Positions 26,918 through 34,606 of a stretch of DNA of 34,606 bases are shown here, piece by piece. Within the stretch, counting starts at the first letter, position 1. Each line of letters starts with the position of its first letter. The translations under genes were made by a program, and so were the position numbers. The notes under the pieces are model-generated. The model did not search any database, was not told the origin of the DNA, and saw only the letters and a list, made by a program, of their open reading frames with translations. The stretch comes from a virus (taxonomy: Duplodnaviria > Caudoviricetes): positions 1 to 34,606 of IMG/VR virus record IMGVR_UViG_3300046787_000667. One strand, given 5' to 3'.

Positions 26918-27235
26918 GTGATTAGAAAAATGCTGTTTTATTCTAAAAAAGATAAGTATAAAAAGGTTTCCATTGACGGAACTGAAATGTTGTTCAAATG
27001 TTTGAATTACAATGAAGTTAAGGATTTGGAAGACAAAGCTAAAGAGATTGGTGAAGATATTAATAAAATGTTTTTCTTTATCTGTGACAATTATGTTACG
27101 GATCTGGATAAAAATAAAGTTATTGATGAAGCCAGTGTTCAATTGATTCCATTGGATTTTGTTGGTGAAGTAATTAAAAAGTTCATGAATAGCATTTCAG
27201 GTAACATGACAGAAGACGAAATAAAAAAAAATTGA
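26918..27235 (+). CDS. Tail assembly chaperone (gpG-like)
   Basis: Between tube and tape-measure genes; ends KKN at an A9 run. Confidence 0.8.
   Translation: MIRKMLFYSKKDKYKKVSIDGTEMLFKCLNYNEVKDLEDKAKEIGEDINKMFFFICDNYVTDLDKNKVIDEASVQLIPLDFVGEVIKKFMNSISGNMTEDEIKKN
27223..27231 (+). other. Programmed -1 ribosomal frameshift site
   Basis: A9 run gives an in-phase A AAA AAA heptamer; the downstream ORF is in the -1 frame. Confidence 0.8.
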
Positions 27236-27663
27236 TTAAGGATGAGTGGAAGTTCCAATTAGCTTGTTTAATTGGAAAATCCATAGGAGAAATAGAAGAA
27301 CTGCCAATGGATGAATTAATCTATTGGCAGTTTTATTTATCAGAGCCTAGAGGAGACTTAAGAGACGATTTTAGGGCTGGACAAATAACACAAGCCATAT
27401 ATTCAATTGGTCAAAGTTTTGCAAAAAATCCTAAACCTGTTAAAATGGAAGACTGTATATTAAAATTTAACAGCAAGAGTGAAGATGAAAGGATTAAGAA
27501 AATTAATCACTTGAAGTTAATGGCTAAAGCATTTGCCGATGTTCAAAATAAAAAATTGAACAAACCAAAGACACCAGCTAAACAAAAACAAATTGATAAA
27601 AAGATTGAAAAGGCTAAAAAGATGACACCTAAGCCTATTAATAATAAACAATCAGAGGGATAA
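27232..27663 (+). CDS. Tail chaperone extension (gpT-like, frameshift product)
   Basis: LA-x-x-IGKSI-x-E...EL-x-x-W...EP-x-G...D-x-RAG; only a weak TTG start. Confidence 0.8.
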   Translation: MIKDEWKFQLACLIGKSIGEIEELPMDELIYWQFYLSEPRGDLRDDFRAGQITQAIYSIGQSFAKNPKPVKMEDCILKFNSKSEDERIKKINHLKLMAKAFADVQNKKLNKPKTPAKQKQIDKKIEKAKKMTPKPINNKQSEG

Positions 27664-27666
27664 CAA

Positions 27667-30588
27667 ATGTCTACAGTAGTTGGTGATATTACACTCTTAG
27701 TGAAGGGTGACAATTCGGATTTCAAGAAGTCTATTACAGACTCGATGAAAGCTATTGGGAATTTAAGAAAAGATTTAGCAAAGTCTTTTATTATCCCAAA
27801 GATAAAAGTACCTTCAATTAATACTAAGGGTGTAATTACTCAACTAAATTCAATCAAGAATGCTATACCTAAATTAACATTTCCAAAATTAACTATTGAT
27901 ATTAAAGGTGTAATAGCTCAACTAAATTCAATCAAGAATGCTATACCTAAATTAACATTTCCAAAATTAACTATTGATATTAAAGGTGTAATAGCTCAAT
28001 TAAATAAATTAAAAACTGCATTTAAACCTTTCACAAAAATAGTTAATCCAAAAATTACTATAAATGTTACTTCAGCTTTAGCCGCAATTAAAAGTGTTGC
28101 TAATGCACTGGCTAAACTACCTTCAAGTAAAAATATAAAGGTCACTGGAAGCCAATCAATTAAGCAAACCGTAACTAGTACCGCATCTACTGCTACAAGG
28201 GTTCCTACGCCTCCTAAACCACCTAGAGATAGGTCTGGTGAATCTGCTGTTAGTCGTAAACAACCATTCAATATAGATAGAAATCTTGTTGGTGTTAACA
28301 GTTCTGTATTAGCCAAGTTCGTTGGTGTTGGAGAATTGGTACAATTTATCAAACAAATTACTGGTGAAGCTGTTAGAAGTTCTGTGGCTTTAACTGAAGC
28401 TGTTAGTAAACTGAAGGATCCATTGGTAAAAATTATAGCAAGCTTTGGTGAACTGTTACTAAAGACTCCAGTAATTTCACAATTGTTTAATGCTACTGTT
28501 ACTGGATTAAATAATGTTTCTAATTTCCTAGATAATTTAAATACTAAGGGTCTTGGAACAGCAATAGGTGAAAATCCAAAGACTGCCGCAGGTGTTGGTG
28601 CAGTTGGGGTTGGAATCGCTGTATTAGCTGGTAATGCTATAACTAATATTATGAAGTCATTTATAGAAAAACAAAAACAAAGTTATTTAGATATTGCTAA
28701 ACATATAAAAGGATTGTTTGATGGTGCTCGTGATTTGGCATTATTATCTGGTAAGACCCTTGCACGAGCCCTGAAGGCTGGAGATGCGGCAGTTGATGTA
28801 TTTTTCATGAGCCTTGGTTCATTACAAACTGTTTTACTACAGACTAGATTGAACCTAGCTATGTTAATTCAAGGAATGTTAGCTTTAGATTTTTCAATGA
28901 TGTGGTCTGGTATATATGGTATATTTAATACGTTTACTGTTACAATGGATTTATTAGCTACTAAAATGGGTATGACTACCATAGCAACAGGAAGTTTCAG
29001 ATTGAGTCTAACTTCTCTCGGTGCTACAATGACTGGATTAACAACTGTTCAAATTCCTAGATTAATAGCCGCAATCAGAGGTTTAACATTTGCTGGTGTA
29101 ATTGCATCTATAACTACCGCTTGGGCATTTTTAGGTGGATTAGTTACAACTGTAGTGGGATGGTTTTCAGCTCTTACTGTAGCATTGTCAGGTTTACTTG
29201 CAATTACTGGTATATCCGCTTTAATAGCAGAAATATTTGTAATTACTAAAGCTATTAATGATTTTTATAATGAATTCGCCAATTTAACTGGTGTAGATAG
29301 AGGTTTCCTTAGTGGAATATGGGATGGTGTTAAATCAGTTGTTAATTTTCTTAACATATTCAAAAATATAGATTTTAGTTTTGACTTCAAGATTGATACA
29401 GATTTTACTGGAGTTGGTGATAGGCTTAGTGAAATGATAGCTGACTGGGCTAGAGATATATTTGAATGGTCAATGAACTTAGAAATAATGATTAGAAAGG
29501 TTTTTTCAAAATTAGGTATACCAAGTGATGTTACTGATAAAGTTACAGAATGGATTAATAGTTGGTTTGTACCCACAACTGATGCATTATCTAATTTAGT
29601 TGGTATGTTAGCTGAGTCTAATCTTGGTAAAAATGTAGAGGATGCGTTAAAATCTACTGCTAATTTTATTAATTCTGGTGTTGATAGTATTTCAGGTTTC
29701 TTCGAAGATTTCGGAACTGCTATAAGTAATATTACAGATGGATTCTTCAAAAGTTTAAAACAAGCTAATAATGATTTATCTAATTACTTTTTCGATACAG
29801 TTTTCGCTGGTAAAGAAAAAAGAGAGATGGAAGCAAATAATGCTGAAGCAGTTCAAATACCAGAAACACTAAAACAGGCTAGAGAAAGAAGAAAGAGAAT
29901 AGATTCTGGAGAAGGATTCGGTGCTGGATTTGAGGCTGAAGGATTTAAATTAGAAATACCTACAATTCCACTAACTGGTTTGGATCTGGATGCAGAAATG
30001 AAAAGACTAAAAGCCGCAGTAAAGGCATGGTTTGAAACTCCAGAACAGAAGTTTGCAAGAATGAAGGCAGAACAATTAGGTGTATCATCTGATGGTCTTA
30101 CTCCAATTACTACTATGGAAGAGCTTCAAGCTAAATGGGCGGCTGAAGCAGAAGCCGCTCTAGATTTAATTCCAGAGATTAATACAACTTTTAGGGACAT
30201 GATGGATGCAATGTCTGAACAAGTTAAAACAATGTCTGCTGAAGAATTGAAACAATTTGGTGTAAACGCTCAATCTATTATGGGTGTTATGAATTCTGTT
30301 GGTATGCCTGTTGAAGGTATTTTAGGCAATCTAAAATCTATGGGAATGAATGTAGATGGATTCATGTCAGGTTTAAAAAATCTTCCAAAAGCAATTGGAA
30401 ATATGACACCTTCAGATAATAGAGGAACTCCTCAAGCTAGACAAGGTTCCGTAGAGGCTTACAGAATATTAATGAGCAGAGAAGATGAAAATAAAAAGAT
30501 TGCCGCTAACACTAAGGGTATGTTAGATGTATGGAAAGACATACAAACTAACGGTTTAAAACTTGATGTTGCAGTAGCAGACTGGTAA
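27667..30588 (+). CDS. Tape measure protein
   Basis: 973 aa, VGDITLLVKGD N-terminus, helical with a hydrophobic centre and W/F periodicity. Confidence 0.92.
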   Translation: MSTVVGDITLLVKGDNSDFKKSITDSMKAIGNLRKDLAKSFIIPKIKVPSINTKGVITQLNSIKNAIPKLTFPKLTIDIKGVIAQLNSIKNAIPKLTFPKLTIDIKGVIAQLNKLKTAFKPFTKIVNPKITINVTSALAAIKSVANALAKLPSSKNIKVTGSQSIKQTVTSTASTATRVPTPPKPPRDRSGESAVSRKQPFNIDRNLVGVNSSVLAKFVGVGELVQFIKQITGEAVRSSVALTEAVSKLKDPLVKIIASFGELLLKTPVISQLFNATVTGLNNVSNFLDNLNTKGLGTAIGENPKTAAGVGAVGVGIAVLAGNAITNIMKSFIEKQKQSYLDIAKHIKGLFDGARDLALLSGKTLARALKAGDAAVDVFFMSLGSLQTVLLQTRLNLAMLIQGMLALDFSMMWSGIYGIFNTFTVTMDLLATKMGMTTIATGSFRLSLTSLGATMTGLTTVQIPRLIAAIRGLTFAGVIASITTAWAFLGGLVTTVVGWFSALTVALSGLLAITGISALIAEIFVITKAINDFYNEFANLTGVDRGFLSGIWDGVKSVVNFLNIFKNIDFSFDFKIDTDFTGVGDRLSEMIADWARDIFEWSMNLEIMIRKVFSKLGIPSDVTDKVTEWINSWFVPTTDALSNLVGMLAESNLGKNVEDALKSTANFINSGVDSISGFFEDFGTAISNITDGFFKSLKQANNDLSNYFFDTVFAGKEKREMEANNAEAVQIPETLKQARERRKRIDSGEGFGAGFEAEGFKLEIPTIPLTGLDLDAEMKRLKAAVKAWFETPEQKFARMKAEQLGVSSDGLTPITTMEELQAKWAAEAEAALDLIPEINTTFRDMMDAMSEQVKTMSAEELKQFGVNAQSIMGVMNSVGMPVEGILGNLKSMGMNVDGFMSGLKNLPKAIGNMTPSDNRGTPQARQGSVEAYRILMSREDENKKIAANTKGMLDVWKDIQTNGLKLDVAVADW
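27841..27996 (+). repeat. Perfect 78-bp tandem duplication (26 aa)
   Basis: 27841-27918 equals 27919-27996 (QLNSIKNAIPKLTFPKLTIDIKGVIA x2). Confidence 0.95.
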
Positions 30589-30608
30589 TTAAAAGGGAGA
30601 AATTATAA

Positions 30609-31604
30609 ATGGCTTATCTTGAAAGTTTTTGTGAAGTTTGGAATCGTACTTATACCCATGATATTAGTGGTAAAAAGACGGCTACAAGGGTTTTTTTAGT
30701 CCAGTTTGATTCTAGTGTTGAGTTGCTATCTGAAGTGCTTGAATTGGCTCAGGCTGATAGCTCATTCCCTCAATTTGGTGATGAGTATGATACTACTTCA
30801 TTAAATTCATTTACTCTTGGTTTAGTTGCTAGAAAATTCACACCAAAAGAATATGCTGAACAACAGAACTTAGTTTTCTTAATTGAAATTGAATATGAAA
30901 ATAATGAAATTAATTTTGGTGCTCCAACACTTAGACCTTGGACTGTAACTTGGAGTTCTATTAAAGAAGATTATGTGCCATTTGAAACCCTATTTAATAC
31001 TGGTACTGTTTTTCCATTATCTGGTGTTAGTACTACACTTCCAGTTGGTATAAATGAGCCTGTACTGAATAGTGCTGGTGACTTTTTTGACCCTCCAGTT
31101 ATAGCACAAAGAAATTTAACATCAATTACTTTACAGAAAAACTTTGAAGCAGTTACTGATATAGGTGCAATTACTGATATAACAGACTTAATGAGTAGAG
31201 TTGGAACTGTTAATGATGATATAGTTACTATTGGTGGAATAGATTTTGATTATTTTCAGGGTAAAATTGAAGATATCTCAATGGTTTATACCAGAGAAAA
31301 TGGTGAAAACTTCTATAACTTTACCATTACAATTATTTTTAACCCTCAATATCATGTGTTAAAACTATTAAATGCTGGTTATAATAAAGATGTAAATGGT
31401 AAATTAATTAAAATTGTTTCTGGTGATGGTTCTGATTTAGCTATGCCATCTCTATTAGATGAATATGGTGCGCCTATTATTGCTACTGACCCTGCCGATA
31501 GAAGAAGTAAGGCGTTATATTATGTTTATGGTGTAAATGAATTATCAAGTTTTGATGACTTAGATTTACCAATGAACGAAACTGAATGGAACGACCCCCT
31601 TTAA
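30609..31604 (+). CDS. Tail tip/baseplate hub protein (probable)
   Basis: Immediately after the tape measure; acidic, beta-rich; NSAGDFFDPP motif. Confidence 0.65.
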   Translation: MAYLESFCEVWNRTYTHDISGKKTATRVFLVQFDSSVELLSEVLELAQADSSFPQFGDEYDTTSLNSFTLGLVARKFTPKEYAEQQNLVFLIEIEYENNEINFGAPTLRPWTVTWSSIKEDYVPFETLFNTGTVFPLSGVSTTLPVGINEPVLNSAGDFFDPPVIAQRNLTSITLQKNFEAVTDIGAITDITDLMSRVGTVNDDIVTIGGIDFDYFQGKIEDISMVYTRENGENFYNFTITIIFNPQYHVLKLLNAGYNKDVNGKLIKIVSGDGSDLAMPSLLDEYGAPIIATDPADRRSKALYYVYGVNELSSFDDLDLPMNETEWNDPL

Positions 31605-31620
31605 TGGGTAGGTGAATAAT

Positions 31621-32532
31621 ATGGAAAAAGGATACTTAATTTCAAAAAATCTTCTAACTAAAATAAGAAGAGATAATAAACTGGTTAACGCTGGTGGACC
31701 TGCTCCTAGAAATATTGGTCAACAACAACACAGTAGATTTCTTGCTAAGATAACTGCAAAAAAATTAACTAGTGCTGACCCTCCATCTGCTGTTTATGAA
31801 GCTGAACAGATAGTATTTGATTCACTTGGATATCCACAAACGATAACTGATGGTCATGAATGGGGAACTACTTCATCTTTTTCTTTTGGTGCTATAGTAG
31901 ATTTACAATCCACATCAACTGTTAATGCCTATGATATGGATGATGAGTTACATAGAATACCTCTTGGATCCATTGTAGAAGTTTTTTATTATGGAACTTC
32001 TGCTGGAGATAATATGTGGTATACTATGGGTCCAACTACCGAATCGTTTTGGGCTAAATTAACTACAGATACTAGCCCATATGACTGGGTAAGACTAAGA
32101 GATGATGCTGTTACTGAAACAACTATAACAGGTACTGCAAACGCCACAGAAGTAAGTGGAAGAGATGGAATACCTATAGATAGTATTCTTCGTATGTTCC
32201 CAAAAGCAGATAATGATGCGAGTACTGGTGAATATTTATTTGAATATCATGGTGCGCAAAAAGGTTCAGCTAGTGAGTTTGATATATCCTACACAGGAGA
32301 ACATCAAGAAGCCGCTAGGACTGGCGTAGCATGGGACAGGGCGGCTCAGGGTGCTGATAGGGGAGTCAAGCTTACTGTTCAGGTTGGTACAGCTTTCTAT
32401 GATGCTGGTGATATGACTCTATATGCTTATATGCAAGACCTCACATTTGATGCTAATGGTCATCTTATACTAATATCTGAAGAAACCAGAGTAGAAATTG
32501 AAGTTCCTGAAGAATGTATCTGTTACTACTAA
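31621..32532 (+). CDS. Tail tip/spike-like structural protein
   Basis: AGGTG SD before ATG 31621; two similar segments (F-x-AK-x-T...IP-x-x-SI); ends EECICYY. Confidence 0.55.
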   Translation: MEKGYLISKNLLTKIRRDNKLVNAGGPAPRNIGQQQHSRFLAKITAKKLTSADPPSAVYEAEQIVFDSLGYPQTITDGHEWGTTSSFSFGAIVDLQSTSTVNAYDMDDELHRIPLGSIVEVFYYGTSAGDNMWYTMGPTTESFWAKLTTDTSPYDWVRLRDDAVTETTITGTANATEVSGRDGIPIDSILRMFPKADNDASTGEYLFEYHGAQKGSASEFDISYTGEHQEAARTGVAWDRAAQGADRGVKLTVQVGTAFYDAGDMTLYAYMQDLTFDANGHLILISEETRVEIEVPEECICYY

Positions 32533-32550
32533 GATTTTTAAGGAGCTACT

Positions 32551-33465
32551 ATGAACTTATCTAGAAAATCTAATGGTCATTTAATGAGAACAGATACTGG
32601 TCATTTAATGATTGGAGCATCCAGTTGCAAATGTCAAAACTCTTGTTGGCTTTTTACAATTGAAGCGGTTACTCCTTATGTTGGTAGCTGTCTTGATTGT
32701 GAGCTTTGGAATACTCCAACAGAATATGACCCAGTTTTACCTATGTACGCAGACTGTATTATAGCTTGCACTGATGATGATTATGGTTTCCCTGTGTCAT
32801 TTTGTTTAGTAGGTGGGCAAGTTTATCTAAGAGCTTCACTTGAGGTAGATAACCTTGGAGATTGTGGACCTTTTTATATTGAGTATATCCATTCAACTCC
32901 TTTAACATTAGATGGTGATGGTTGCCCAGTAGATGGAACTTATTTATGTGAATTAGATACTTCTGTTTCTGGTAATGATGGTGGACCTTGTGATATTCCA
33001 GAAATTAATGTAACAATTGAAAAAATAGCTTGTTGTGATGCTAACTGTGCGGCAACTGAATATTATCTTAGTTGTGATGTAGTTTATTTAGAATATTATG
33101 ATGCAGGTGGAGGAATATCTACTTGTTCTGCACCAGAAGCTGGAACTGAAATCTGTAATACTAATACCTCTTTAGTAAATGAACCTATGAATCAATCTGG
33201 TGGGTTTACAGATTGTGATAGAATTTCAGATAATGAATTTCCTTGTTATTTCCCATACTATGCGGCGGCTCCTGTTACTATCACATGCGATGGTGGAGGA
33301 CTATGGACTATGTGTTTTGGCGATTTATGTGGAACAATTCCAGAATTAGATGTTGTTAAAGATGGTGGTTTAACTGCTCAAGGTACTTATCCAGATGTTA
33401 CCTATTGTTATACTGATGGTTATAGTTCCTATAGTTTATCGATAACTAACATAGTGGTGACATAA
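32551..33465 (+). CDS. Acidic Cys-rich tail-region protein
   Basis: 24 Cys in 304 aa by my count; AAGGAG SD. Confidence 0.65.
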   Translation: MNLSRKSNGHLMRTDTGHLMIGASSCKCQNSCWLFTIEAVTPYVGSCLDCELWNTPTEYDPVLPMYADCIIACTDDDYGFPVSFCLVGGQVYLRASLEVDNLGDCGPFYIEYIHSTPLTLDGDGCPVDGTYLCELDTSVSGNDGGPCDIPEINVTIEKIACCDANCAATEYYLSCDVVYLEYYDAGGGISTCSAPEAGTEICNTNTSLVNEPMNQSGGFTDCDRISDNEFPCYFPYYAAAPVTITCDGGGLWTMCFGDLCGTIPELDVVKDGGLTAQGTYPDVTYCYTDGYSSYSLSITNIVVT

Positions 33466-34160
33466 TGACTCATAAAGAAAGAATGTTATCCTTCTTAGAA
33501 AGAAATGGATTATTAGATAAGCTTGATGAAAATGGTCACAAAAAGAAATTAGAGGGATTAGGTGATGTTGTTGAGAAGATAACAAAATCTATTGGAGTTA
33601 AGCCTTGTAATTCATGTAAAGAAAGAAGAGATAAATTAAATGATAAATTTCCTTTTAAAATGAGAGCAGGAGAAAAGTTCAAAAGAGGATTGCAATCATT
33701 AGCAAGTGAATTAGAAATAACTAATGGGGTAATGGTTGAAGTAGGTTCGTTTAAAGGTGAATCAGCTATTATTTTTGCAAATTCAGGTAAATTCGAAACT
33801 ATTTATTGTGTGGATAATTGGAGTAAAAATTTTAAAGCAGTAGGCAATCCAGATATGTCTGAAGTTGAAAGAACATTTGATAAAGAAACTAGCAAATACC
33901 CATCAATAAAAAAGGTAAAAATGACTTCTGCTGAGGGTTCTAAAATACTTGATATGGTAGATTTGGTTTATATTGACGCTTTGCATGATTATGATTCAGT
34001 GAAACAAGATATAGAATTATGGCTACCAAAAGTAAAACAAGGTGGATATATAGCTGGTCATGATTATTCAGATGAATTTAAAGGTGTTATCAAAGCAGTT
34101 GACGAAAGATTTAAAAATGTAAAGATATATGAAGATACTAGCTGGATAGTGAAAGTTTAG
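33465..34160 (+). CDS. Class I SAM methyltransferase (Methyltransf_24-like) with N-terminal GLGD...CxxC module
   Basis: VEVGSFKGES, YCVD-x-W, YIDALHDY, WLPKVKQGGYIAGHDY. Confidence 0.88.
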   Translation: MTHKERMLSFLERNGLLDKLDENGHKKKLEGLGDVVEKITKSIGVKPCNSCKERRDKLNDKFPFKMRAGEKFKRGLQSLASELEITNGVMVEVGSFKGESAIIFANSGKFETIYCVDNWSKNFKAVGNPDMSEVERTFDKETSKYPSIKKVKMTSAEGSKILDMVDLVYIDALHDYDSVKQDIELWLPKVKQGGYIAGHDYSDEFKGVIKAVDERFKNVKIYEDTSWIVKV

Positions 34161-34182
34161 AGAATTTAAAAAGGGGAACAAA

Positions 34183-34606
34183 ATGTATAAAGGAAAAATA
34201 TTTGGTATTGGATTGCCAAAGACTGCAACTACTAGCCTATCAGTTGCGTTATATCAATTGGGTTATAATACTATTCATAATGGACCAAAATTAATCAAAG
34301 AGTTAAATTATAATGAACAACAAGGTGAAGCTCCACTTAATTCCTTAATTAATAAGTATGATGCTTTTTTAGATTATCCGTTAGCTAGAGTTTGGCAAAG
34401 TCTAGATGAATGTTACCCAAATAGTAAATTTATTTTAACCCAAAGAGACCCACAAGGTAGATATCAATCAATATTAAATCATCAGGCTAAGTATCCTCAC
34501 TTATGGCTTAAAGAAGATATTTATGACTATGAGGTTTGTACTAGAGAAAGTAAATTACACAATGATATAGTTTTGAATTATTTCAGAAATAGAAAAAATG
34601 ATTTAT
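34183..34606 (+). CDS. Sulfotransferase-family protein, N-terminal part (runs off the window)
   Basis: IFGIGLPKTATTSL PAPS-binding loop, DAFLDYP, YPNSKFILTQRD. Confidence 0.85.
   Translation, partial: MYKGKIFGIGLPKTATTSLSVALYQLGYNTIHNGPKLIKELNYNEQQGEAPLNSLINKYDAFLDYPLARVWQSLDECYPNSKFILTQRDPQGRYQSILNHQAKYPHLWLKEDIYDYEVCTRESKLHNDIVLNYFRNRKNDL

Larger units (their letters stand above)
1..34606. mobile_element. Near-complete circularly permuted siphovirus-like phage genome
   Basis: Full ordered head-neck-tail gene set, replication-like and lysis-like modules, no host housekeeping genes; one gene appears split across the two window ends. Confidence 0.93.

Noticed and set aside
27996-29750. Minus-strand ORFs inside the tape measure gene, and similar ones inside the LRR, terminase, portal and capsid genes
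   Set aside because: Antisense shadows of well-supported genes.
33465-34160. DNA methyltransferase explaining the GATC pattern
   Set aside because: Neither methyltransferase has DPPY/NPPY/SPPY or PC motifs; both look like small-molecule or glycan methyltransferases.
1-34606. Alternative genetic code (stop-codon reassignment)
   Set aside because: Core genes are full-length under the standard code, and TAA, TGA and TAG all end plausible genes.

Overview
The window is almost certainly a near-complete, circularly permuted genome of an AT-rich tailed dsDNA phage (siphovirus-like: HK97-type terminase, portal, protease and capsid; non-contractile tail with a frameshifted chaperone and a 973-aa tape measure). 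A sulfotransferase gene starts at 34183, runs off the right edge and resumes at position 2. The + strand late arm (13680 round to about 6954) carries seven predicted glycan-chemistry genes (four glycosyltransferase-like, one of them a GT8-like/Maf-like fusion; two SAM methyltransferases; one sulfotransferase) in two blocks among virion genes. It also encodes a triple-module PKD/LRR adhesin, a 24-Cys tail-region protein and a membrane-protein cassette with no recognisable endolysin. The - strand early arm encodes a minimal PolA-superfamily (TV-Pol-like) polymerase next to a ~550-bp symmetric origin-like region, a PD-(D/E)XK nuclease, duplicated promoter/stem-loop leaders and an atypical tRNA-like RNA. 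GATC occurs only as RGATCY in my manual scan. No integrase, helicase or CRISPR was seen. All family calls come from motif recognition by eye, without database searches.
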